Assembly: GCA_048939015.1 (NCBI GenBank)
Contig: JBHLPW010000036.1
Span: 1-52,892, forward strand
Direction: 5' to 3'
Source: Promethearchaeota archaeon
GTDB lineage: Archaea; Asgardarchaeota; Lokiarchaeia; Sigyniarchaeales; SOKP01
DNA length: 52,892 nt
This document shows positions 30,809 through 38,493 of the stretch, in pieces. Below the pieces are notes generated by a model that did no database searches, was not told where the DNA came from, and saw only the letters and a list, made by a program, of their open reading frames with translations. Every line of letters begins with the position of its first letter. Position 1 is the first letter of the stretch. The position numbers and the translations under genes are program-made.

Positions 30809-31255
30809 ATGGGTTTTGATAACGAATTTAATGAAGAATTTGATGAACAAGAATTTGACGAAGATTTAGAAGAATTAGATGAAGATTTAGAAGAAGTTGA
30901 TGAAGAATTTGAAGAAATTAAAGAAGATGATATAGAAGAGCCATTTGAAAATATTCCAGAGGAAGAAGTTGAGACTAAAACTCCGACTAAAAGGAGTGTG
31001 GGTGGTGGTAAGAAAATCTCTGTTTTTTTTATGTCTACTATAGGTCCAGGCGAGAAAAAGCAAAAATTAACTGTTAATGATGGGAATCTTGTTGGTGATA
31101 TTAAAGAAACCGTAGCAAACTTATTTGGTTTAGATCCTGATGACTTTCATTTATCTTGCGGTGGAATAACAATGGATGAAACTAATCCTTTAAACAGTTA
31201 TTCCATTTCTGATGGAGATGATATACTTTTAATTCCAGCTAGTATTGCGGGTTAA
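30809..31255 (+). CDS. Ubiquitin-like protein A (long acidic N-tail, C-terminal ...IPASIAG)
   Basis: Beta-grasp pattern VGDIKE...LFGL...LSCGG..MDE...LNSYSISDGDDILLIP; close paralog of 33117-33449. Confidence 0.85.
   Translation: MGFDNEFNEEFDEQEFDEDLEELDEDLEEVDEEFEEIKEDDIEEPFENIPEEEVETKTPTKRSVGGGKKISVFFMSTIGPGEKKQKLTVNDGNLVGDIKETVANLFGLDPDDFHLSCGGITMDETNPLNSYSISDGDDILLIPASIAG
30857..30919 (+). repeat. Three imperfect 21-bp tandem repeats encoding DEDLEEL/DEDLEEV/DEEFEEI
   Basis: GACGAAGATTTAGAAGAATTA, GATGAAGATTTAGAAGAAGTT and GATGAAGAATTTGAAGAAATT. Confidence 0.75.
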
Positions 31256-31302
31256 ATTTTTCTTTAGCAAATAAAGAGATTTGAATTTAAATTATCTTAA
31301 TC

Positions 31303-32097
31303 TTAATTTTTCTCTTTTCGTGAGGGTATAAGAGCAATTTCATCATCATCATCAATATTATATTCTTTAATTTGTAAAGTTTCATCCAACAATATCCCAC
31401 CAGATGACAAGAGAAAATCCTGATTTTCATAATCAAATAATAATGCAATCTTATCCTTAATGATACCTACAAACTCACCAGTATCAATAATTATAATTTT
31501 TGTTTTCTCACCAGGTTCTAAAAGAGATCTAACATATACACGAATTTGGTCTTCCAATTCAACAGAGTTTATAGGTGCTATGTAAGGGATCATTTCATCA
31601 ACAATATCTCTACTCTTTATCATATTGTCTATTAAATCTTTTCTCTCATTTGGATCATAGTATAACATTTCTCGGATAAATGAAATCTTATCCATTTTAG
31701 ATAAATCCAGAGAGTTAATCTTATTTAATTCTTCTTGGCTTAAAATTGTAAAAATATATTTATCAATGATTGGCATGTCCTTATAGGATTTATCTGACTC
31801 AGCGTAGTCATCCAAAGAAGGCATAGCATCAATGTAATTCTCAAGAATAGTGGAAGATGTTCTTTTAATTGATTTTGGTTTTGTGATATATTTTTTTTCT
31901 TTTAGTGTTTTAATTGAACTACTTTTAGATTGTATAACAGTATATACTGTACTAGTTGATAAGACAGCAACACTACCTATAGTGAGTGCAAGAAAAAAAA
32001 GCGTATTTTCTATATGGTATAGGAAAAATACTACATAGAGCAAAATACAAACAATATATAATGCTAAAACACTTAATATTCGATAATTTTTTTTCAT
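31303..32097 (-). CDS. Two-TM membrane protein with C-terminal ubiquitin-like domain lacking a terminal Gly
   Basis: Two N-terminal hydrophobic helices. The C-terminal IRVYVRSLLEPGEK...VGIIKDKIALLF...FLLSSGGILLDE...EYNIDDDDEIALIPSRKEKN aligns with the two free Ubls. Confidence 0.8.
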   Translation of the reverse strand: MKKNYRILSVLALYIVCILLYVVFFLYHIENTLFFLALTIGSVAVLSTSTVYTVIQSKSSSIKTLKEKKYITKPKSIKRTSSTILENYIDAMPSLDDYAESDKSYKDMPIIDKYIFTILSQEELNKINSLDLSKMDKISFIREMLYYDPNERKDLIDNMIKSRDIVDEMIPYIAPINSVELEDQIRVYVRSLLEPGEKTKIIIIDTGEFVGIIKDKIALLFDYENQDFLLSSGGILLDETLQIKEYNIDDDDEIALIPSRKEKN

Positions 32098-32175
32098 GAT
32101 TTTTTAATTAGATTTGTTCTGAATTTAAAATATGTGATTGAAAATTTAAATGGGATTGGAATGAAAGTGGAGTTT

Positions 32176-32853
32176 TCAATCATTTTCATCTTGAATCAAT
32201 TTTCTTATATTAGAATATTTTTTTTGGTTTAACTTGTATAAATTTCTATTTTTTTCTTTTTCAATATTTATTAATTTTAGACTTATTAAAACATTCATAT
32301 ATTTTTTAATAGTTGTATGATTCTTTTTTAAACCATTTGCTATCTCGGTGATTTTTAATGCTTCATTTTCTCTTATCATAAAACTGATTATATTTTGAAC
32401 AATATTCTTTTTTAAATAATAAAAAAATGGGTCATATTTTGGATTTGAATCGAATTTGAAGAACATTTTATGATTATTGATTTGTTTTGACCTGATAAAT
32501 TGAAATTTCTCTAAGCATGATAAATGCCATAAAGCTTGATTACTACCAATTCTTAATACTTTCATTATCTCATTAATATTTGAGGGATTTTTTTTTATAA
32601 AATTGAAGATCTCATTTCTTTTCGGATGCTCAATAATATTGTTTTTCATCAGTTTTGTTCCAGGGATTATAACTCTCTTTTTTAATAAATCTTTCAAAAT
32701 TAACTCTATTCTATTCTCATTTATGTTTGGATTATATCGTACCCTATTGTTTATAAAAGAGATAATATCTCTAATGGAAAAGAAATTTTTCTTTGTTAAA
32801 TACTCTCTTACTAATTCAAGAACAACAGATTCTACATCATCCAGAGAATTCAT
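32176..32853 (-). CDS. Multi-winged-helix (ArsR-like) transcription regulator
   Basis: RNEIFNFIKKNP...NQALWHLSCLEKFQFI and ITEIANGLKKNHTTIKKYMNVL...RNLYKLN. Confidence 0.8.
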   Translation of the reverse strand: MNSLDDVESVVLELVREYLTKKNFFSIRDIISFINNRVRYNPNINENRIELILKDLLKKRVIIPGTKLMKNNIIEHPKRNEIFNFIKKNPSNINEIMKVLRIGSNQALWHLSCLEKFQFIRSKQINNHKMFFKFDSNPKYDPFFYYLKKNIVQNIISFMIRENEALKITEIANGLKKNHTTIKKYMNVLISLKLINIEKEKNRNLYKLNQKKYSNIRKLIQDEND

Positions 32854-33116
32854 AAACCTTTACTTTTATCCCATTGATTTTTCTGATTTTTATAATAGTA
32901 TGTTCTCTCTAAAACAACTTTTTATAATTTATATATATTAATAGGGTTTCATTCAATTTATAATATAATTTCTTGAGGATTCAATTATTCAGCATTTAGT
33001 TTTTAATAAGAAATTAAAAACTGCAAAATCATTCCATAGGATTTTATTATATCTTTTTAACGCCATTTTATTAAGATTAATAAAATTAAAAATTAAAAAA
33101 AATGGAAGTGATATGA

Positions 33117-33449
33117 ATGAGTTTTGAGGATTTTGATGAAGATCTAGGAGTAAATGAACCTGTCAAATCTAAAACTCCAGCAAGTAAAGTTCCATCTGGA
33201 GGGAAGAAATTGACTTTATATTTCATGTCAACTATTGGTCCAGGTGAAAAAAAGGAGAAATTAACTGTGAATGATAGGAATAAAGTAAGAGATATCAAAC
33301 AAACTTTAGGAAATTTATATGGGCTTGATCCTAATGATTTCCACATATCTTGTGGAGGGGTTACTATGGACGAAAACAGTGATTTAGGAGATTATGATGT
33401 AAATGATGGCGATGACATACTATTAATCCCAGCGAGTACAGCTGGTTAG
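33117..33449 (+). CDS. Ubiquitin-like protein B (C-terminal ...IPASTAG), first gene of the E1-E2-JAMM-RING cluster
   Basis: VRDIKQ...LGDYDVNDGDDILLIP matches the ubiquitin-fold pattern; adjacent to E1. Confidence 0.88.
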   Translation: MSFEDFDEDLGVNEPVKSKTPASKVPSGGKKLTLYFMSTIGPGEKKEKLTVNDRNKVRDIKQTLGNLYGLDPNDFHISCGGVTMDENSDLGDYDVNDGDDILLIPASTAG

Positions 33450-33483
33450 ACTTATAAAACTTTCTTCATAATTTATAATATAT

Positions 33484-33520
33484 GGGCGTGAGCCCTTTAA
33501 TTTTTTTTATTTTTTTTTTT
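33484..33520 (+). terminator. Short hairpin GGGC-GTGA-GCCC followed by long T tract
   Basis: 4-bp GC stem with a GNRA-type loop, then T8-A-T11, between Ubl-B and E1. Confidence 0.55.
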
Positions 33521-33532
33521 CTATAAAATGTA

Positions 33533-34780
33533 ATGGTGATTATGTTGGATAAGGATTCAGATTTTTTCGCAAAGGAACTATCGGTAGAAGAGAGAGACCT
33601 ATACGATCGTCAATTTCGTTTAGAGGGGTGGTCGCAGAAATTAGTAAAGAATTCAAGAGTATTAATAGTTGGTGTGGGAGGTTTGGGGTGTGAAATTGCT
33701 AAAAATTTGGCGATGCTTGGTGTAGGTCACCTTGATCTAGTTGATTTAGACATTATTGAACACTCTAATCTAAATCGTCAAGTTCTTTTTACGGGTGCAA
33801 GGATAGGAGAATCCAAAGCAGTTAGTGCTGCTCGAAAGTTAAAGGAAATAAATCCAAATATTATCGTTAAAGGATATCATACTTCTTTAGAACGATTAAA
33901 TCCTACACTATATCAATCAGCAGATGTTGTTATTGGTGGTCTTGATTCAATGAATGCACGTTTGAATTTAAACGCACAATGTATAAGATTTAGAAAACCA
34001 TTAGTAGATGGAGGAGTATCCGGTTATCATGGACATGTATACACTGTATTCCCCTATAAAAACGCCTGTTATGAATGTAATCCTTTACCTGTAGCTGAAA
34101 CAGATGAAATGGCTGCTTGTACAGTTGTTGGAATCCCTCGAAAAAGAATCCATTGTGTTTTTAAAGGTGATATGGCATTTAGGGAAAAATTTGATAGAGA
34201 TCCAAATCCAAAAGATGTAAATGATATAAAATTCATTCAAAATTTTGCAAATGAATTAGTAAACAAGCATGATTTCTTACCTGAATATACTGAAGATGAT
34301 ATCGTAAAAATCATTGATAGACACGATCCTGGCATAATAACTATAAATGCAGTTATTTCTGCATTACAATCACATGAAGCGATCAAAATTATTCATTGGA
34401 ATAGAAAACATAAAGGATTAGGCGAGCCTATAAGAACTTATGTTATCTATAATGCTATCACAATGAAATTCTATCATATCGAAAAAAAAAGGAATCCAGA
34501 ATGTTCTCAATGTGGTAAAAACGTGAGAAGAGTATCGATAAAGTTAAGATCAGATTCACCTTGCATGAATATCATAAAAATTTTAGCAAAGAACGGATTT
34601 AAGTTTGATTCCGAATCTGAGCCGATTTTAACTTTACAGGATTTTAATGATATTATCATGGTTGATTTGGAAAAAAATCCAATTGAAAATGGTTTAAGAA
34701 ATTACGAATTAATGACAGCTGCTGGATTCCTAGGTGGAGAAATTTATATAACTTTAAAATTAAAACAAAATGTGAAATGA
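33533..34780 (+). CDS. Ubiquitin-activating enzyme E1 (ThiF/MoeB core with Uba2/Uba3-like catalytic-Cys insert and C-terminal extension)
   Basis: YDRQ, VGVGGLG, DLD.IE.SNLNRQ, Zn ligands CYEC and CSQC, and candidate catalytic AACT. Confidence 0.92.
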   Translation: MVIMLDKDSDFFAKELSVEERDLYDRQFRLEGWSQKLVKNSRVLIVGVGGLGCEIAKNLAMLGVGHLDLVDLDIIEHSNLNRQVLFTGARIGESKAVSAARKLKEINPNIIVKGYHTSLERLNPTLYQSADVVIGGLDSMNARLNLNAQCIRFRKPLVDGGVSGYHGHVYTVFPYKNACYECNPLPVAETDEMAACTVVGIPRKRIHCVFKGDMAFREKFDRDPNPKDVNDIKFIQNFANELVNKHDFLPEYTEDDIVKIIDRHDPGIITINAVISALQSHEAIKIIHWNRKHKGLGEPIRTYVIYNAITMKFYHIEKKRNPECSQCGKNVRRVSIKLRSDSPCMNIIKILAKNGFKFDSESEPILTLQDFNDIIMVDLEKNPIENGLRNYELMTAAGFLGGEIYITLKLKQNVK

Positions 34781-34861
34781 AAACATATTTAAAAATAATT
34801 AAAAAAATTAAAAGAAAAATTTGGATAATAAATTAATAATAAAAAAATAAGGGTTGAGATT

Positions 34862-35389
34862 ATGAGTATAAGAAGTAGTCGTATTTCCCAAGATTTTGCG
34901 GGATTAAAAAAAATGTTGAAGGATGGTAATATAGTTCAGTTAAAACCATTTAATCCAAAAAGGAAGAGTATTGATCATTTAGCAATTTCATTTAAAGGAC
35001 CAAAAGGTACAGTTTATTCAGGGGGTCTTTTTAGGTTAGAATTGAAGTTCCCTGCACAATATCCGAAACAGCCACCTTTTGTTAGATTGCATACACCAAT
35101 ATGGCATCCTAATTTTTGGCCAAAGCCGTCTGAATATAAAGGACAAAGAAATATTTGTCTAGCATTAGTAGATCCCTCATTGGTAGGTAAAAAAGGGGGC
35201 TGGAGTCCATCAAAAACAGCTGTAACAGTTGTTCAAGCAATAATTGCTATGTTAAATACACGTGGTAAATATGTTAATCCTACTGATGTCTTTAATAAAA
35301 AGGCTGCCGTAGAAATGATGAAGAATCAAAAGTTCTTTGAGAAAAAAGTAAAAAATCTTGTTAAAAAGTATGCAAATAAAAAGTGGTGA
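34862..35389 (+). CDS. Ubiquitin-conjugating enzyme E2
   Basis: GPKGTVYSGG.F.L...FP..YP..PP, IWHPN, catalytic ICL, WSP and FN..AA motifs. Confidence 0.93.
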   Translation: MSIRSSRISQDFAGLKKMLKDGNIVQLKPFNPKRKSIDHLAISFKGPKGTVYSGGLFRLELKFPAQYPKQPPFVRLHTPIWHPNFWPKPSEYKGQRNICLALVDPSLVGKKGGWSPSKTAVTVVQAIIAMLNTRGKYVNPTDVFNKKAAVEMMKNQKFFEKKVKNLVKKYANKKW

Positions 35390-36216
35390 GATTTTCTATG
35401 GAAGATAAAGCATCAACGAACAATTCAATCAAAGATACAATTAAGAAGAAGATAAAAGAAAAAATAAAACAAGAATTGTTAGATGAAATATGTGAGGAAC
35501 TCCAATTGGAAGAAGATGAATTAACTGAAGAAATTACTTCAATGCTTACAAAAAAGTCCCCAAATAATAAACCAATAATAAAACTTACAAAGATACCTGC
35601 AGCAGAAAAAGTAGAAAAGAAAGAAATTGAAATTCCTAAAGAAGAGGAAATTCAAAAGGAGCTCTATATATCCGTAAAACCTATCCTTAAAATTGCTAGT
35701 CATGCTCTTAAGTATGCAAATTCAAAGATTCCACGAGAAAAATGGGTGGAAGTTATAGGACTTTTAGCAGGTAAAATTGATAAAAAAAATGGGGTATTAA
35801 ATATTGAAGATGCTTATCCAATGGGGCATGGCACAGCAGTTTATGCTGAGATTAAAGATTATAAAAACTTTGCACGAGCTTTCCAAGATATTAAAAAGCA
35901 AAAATTGTTTATCTGTGGATGGTATCATTCACACCCTAGCTATGGATGTTTTTTAAGTGCGGAAGATATGGGTACTCAAGCGAGATATCAAAAATTTTGG
36001 GATAAATCTGTTGCTCTTGTGATAGATCCATATCAAATAGATGGAAAATCCACAGGATTTGAAATATATACTGCAGATCTTATTACTAAAACATGGTATC
36101 CTTTAGTATATGGAATTAAAGGATCATTAGATATTAAGATGCTCCCGGAAATTTTAAAATTCATGAATCCTATTATTGAAGGGAAGGCTGCATACTTAGA
36201 GTATGATGGAGATTAA
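35383..36216 (+). CDS. JAMM/MPN+ metalloisopeptidase (Rpn11/CSN5-like)
   Basis: EVIGLL.G, GWYHSHPSYGCFLSAED (intact HxHx7Sx2D) and ALVIDP motifs. Confidence 0.93.
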   Translation: MVRFSMEDKASTNNSIKDTIKKKIKEKIKQELLDEICEELQLEEDELTEEITSMLTKKSPNNKPIIKLTKIPAAEKVEKKEIEIPKEEEIQKELYISVKPILKIASHALKYANSKIPREKWVEVIGLLAGKIDKKNGVLNIEDAYPMGHGTAVYAEIKDYKNFARAFQDIKKQKLFICGWYHSHPSYGCFLSAEDMGTQARYQKFWDKSVALVIDPYQIDGKSTGFEIYTADLITKTWYPLVYGIKGSLDIKMLPEILKFMNPIIEGKAAYLEYDGD

Positions 36217-36244
36217 AATAATAGAAAAATGGTGATATTAAATT

Positions 36245-37426
36245 ATGCCTAAATTTAAGGCTATTGCAATTACGCTGGCGATATTTTCATTTATAGGCAT
36301 AATACATGGTGCTATTTTAAATTCTATTAATGTGTTTTTAAGTTGGTTATTAATTGGAGTATGGATAATTTTTTCTATCAATATTGTAAAAAATATAAAA
36401 CAATATCGTGAATATCGGAGTCCCCACAATACTGCCTTTTTTATTATCGGTCCCGTTTTCGTGGGTATATTTTATTCAATTTGGGGTAATTTTACGGGTT
36501 TATTGGGAGAAAATCTTCTGGTTAGTTCAGATTTGTACTTAAGTTGGTGGAGTATTATATTTGGATTCCCTTATGTATTATTTGGTTCTGTATCTTTATA
36601 CCGTTGTTTTAAGAAATATAGTGTAATCTATTTCGGGACAAAATCAGTTAATGCCAGGAAGTTTGGATATTTTTTAGGATTCTCAATAGTTTTTTTTATT
36701 GTTGTCTATTGGTTAAGTTTCTATTCACTGATTGACTTTTATGAGTCTCTTTTGATACCTATTCATTTTTTAATTGATCTTAATCTTTTATTATTGCTAA
36801 TAGGAACTATGTTAATAATTATTATACATGGATTTTTTGGAACTCGGTCCCAATTACCTCGATTGTCTCGAAATTACATAACAACTCGTACAAGAAGATT
36901 AAATGATTTAGTTTCTCCTAATCGACAAACAGAGAGTAGTCGTAGCACAATAAGATCATCTCCAACTCCATCAACTAGAACAGTCACTCGGACTTCAAGA
37001 TCAGTTTCCCATTCCTCAAGGACAACCCCTTCTGGACATTTACGTTCACAAAATACTAGAGTTAAAACATCTACTCGAACTACAAGTAGTCGTAAAACGG
37101 GAAAACCAATTAGAAGTGATCAAAGAACCATAAAACAAATTAATTTTAAATTATATAGACCAAAAGCGGCAAATTTATCAATAGAAGATTTTAAATGTAT
37201 ATTTTGTTTTAGATTACCTGAAAGTCCCAAAGATAATGGTAGAGGAATAATTTTATGTCCTAAGTGTAGATATCCTGCTCATGCAGATGAATTTAAAGAT
37301 TGGCTTAAAACTTCTCATCTATGTTCTAGATGTAATGCGCCAATTCCATCAAGTTATAAAAAAAATCCTAAAATAATAAGTGTAAAGAATTATATTGTCA
37401 TTTATAAAGGTTTATTAAAGAAATGA
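36245..37426 (+). CDS. Polytopic membrane protein with C-terminal variant RING finger (putative membrane E3 ligase)
   Basis: About six hydrophobic helices, an S/T/R-rich linker, then CIFC-x16-CPKCRYPAHADEFKDWL-x5-CSRC. Confidence 0.8.
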   Translation: MPKFKAIAITLAIFSFIGIIHGAILNSINVFLSWLLIGVWIIFSINIVKNIKQYREYRSPHNTAFFIIGPVFVGIFYSIWGNFTGLLGENLLVSSDLYLSWWSIIFGFPYVLFGSVSLYRCFKKYSVIYFGTKSVNARKFGYFLGFSIVFFIVVYWLSFYSLIDFYESLLIPIHFLIDLNLLLLLIGTMLIIIIHGFFGTRSQLPRLSRNYITTRTRRLNDLVSPNRQTESSRSTIRSSPTPSTRTVTRTSRSVSHSSRTTPSGHLRSQNTRVKTSTRTTSSRKTGKPIRSDQRTIKQINFKLYRPKAANLSIEDFKCIFCFRLPESPKDNGRGIILCPKCRYPAHADEFKDWLKTSHLCSRCNAPIPSSYKKNPKIISVKNYIVIYKGLLKK

Positions 37427-37440
37427 ATTTTACGTTATTT

Positions 37441-38400
37441 TCAGTGTTTGAATTTAAGTTTTTTTCTTAGATCTCCTACTGTTGTTTTCAATTCTGCGTA
37501 TACGTTATGGGGATGTATGCTCTCAAAAGATTCAATTTTAAATTTTACTTTAAAATCATCTTCAAGATTGGGAAAATCTCTTAGCATGAAATTTTTTGCC
37601 ATTTCTCTTATAACATCTTCAGAAAAAAGAGGCTTTAAATGCGCACTTCTTATTAATTCGGCTTCTTCTGGTCTTTTTAAAACGGATTGAATTTTACCAC
37701 TCATAGATTGTTCTATAACATCAATAATATCTAAAACATCTACTTTATGATTAGTAAGGTCTCTTATTTGGATGATTATTGATCCAATAGATCTTTGATT
37801 ATGTGAAGAAAAGGGAAGTAAATTAAGCAATTTATTGAGATCTTCTTCAGAAACATTAATATCTTTTCTAGATTTAACGATTTCTTCAGCATATTCCAAA
37901 GAAAGTTCTTTAGCACAAGGACAGACCGTCATGCCAACTGCACTAGCACCTATAAAATAATTATAATCAATATTACCTAAAATATCTCGAACTGCTTTTA
38001 CAAAAGAGCTAATATCATATGATTTTTGAATAGTCCTTTCATCATTTTCTCTCACTTGAACAACAATCTTACCTTCTAGTTTTACTTCAGCTTTAGAAGT
38101 ATAAGGGTGTCGTTCCATTAATTTCTTTACAATTCTATCTCCAACAACTTCAATAGTAGGAGTAGGTTTGAAAATTACCTCATTAATTACTTCTTCTATT
38201 GTTTCCGAAGTTCGGGACATGTGAATTCCACGTTGCTGAGCCGGAAGATTGATTAACGCAGATATTTTAGGGTAAAAAGAAAATTTTTTATTCTCTTGAA
38301 CAATTTCAACTTTTTTTTCCAATTCTACAATACCAACCTTGTCAATTGGAATATCTATACTAGAATCAGAATCTTGCAAATCCGTTTTAAATTTTGTAAT
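37441..38400 (-). CDS. mptA: GTP cyclohydrolase MptA (FolE2 family); probable ATT start
   Basis: RGIHMSR, GMTVCPCA, SHNQR, LKRPEE, FSEDVIR and ESIHPHN motifs. The N-terminal DxQ motif (TDLQD) begins upstream of the track's TTG. Confidence 0.88.
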   Translation of the reverse strand: MTKFKTDLQDSDSSIDIPIDKVGIVELEKKVEIVQENKKFSFYPKISALINLPAQQRGIHMSRTSETIEEVINEVIFKPTPTIEVVGDRIVKKLMERHPYTSKAEVKLEGKIVVQVRENDERTIQKSYDISSFVKAVRDILGNIDYNYFIGASAVGMTVCPCAKELSLEYAEEIVKSRKDINVSEEDLNKLLNLLPFSSHNQRSIGSIIIQIRDLTNHKVDVLDIIDVIEQSMSGKIQSVLKRPEEAELIRSAHLKPLFSEDVIREMAKNFMLRDFPNLEDDFKVKFKIESFESIHPHNVYAELKTTVGDLRKKLKFKH

Positions 38401-38493
38401 TAATAGCCACCAGCATCAAAAATTAATTTATTAATGTTCTATTCTTTAAAAGGATTAGAAATATTTAAAATAATTTACATTGATTATGAATTA

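Noticed and set aside
30857-30919. CRISPR-like or non-coding repeat array
   Set aside because: In-frame coding repeats without spacers; no cas genes in the window.
33447-33491. TAG readthrough (pyrrolysine-like) of Ubl-B to reveal a GG end
   Set aside because: The readthrough peptide TYKTFFIIYNIWA has no GG, and paralog Ubl-A stops at the same position with TAA.
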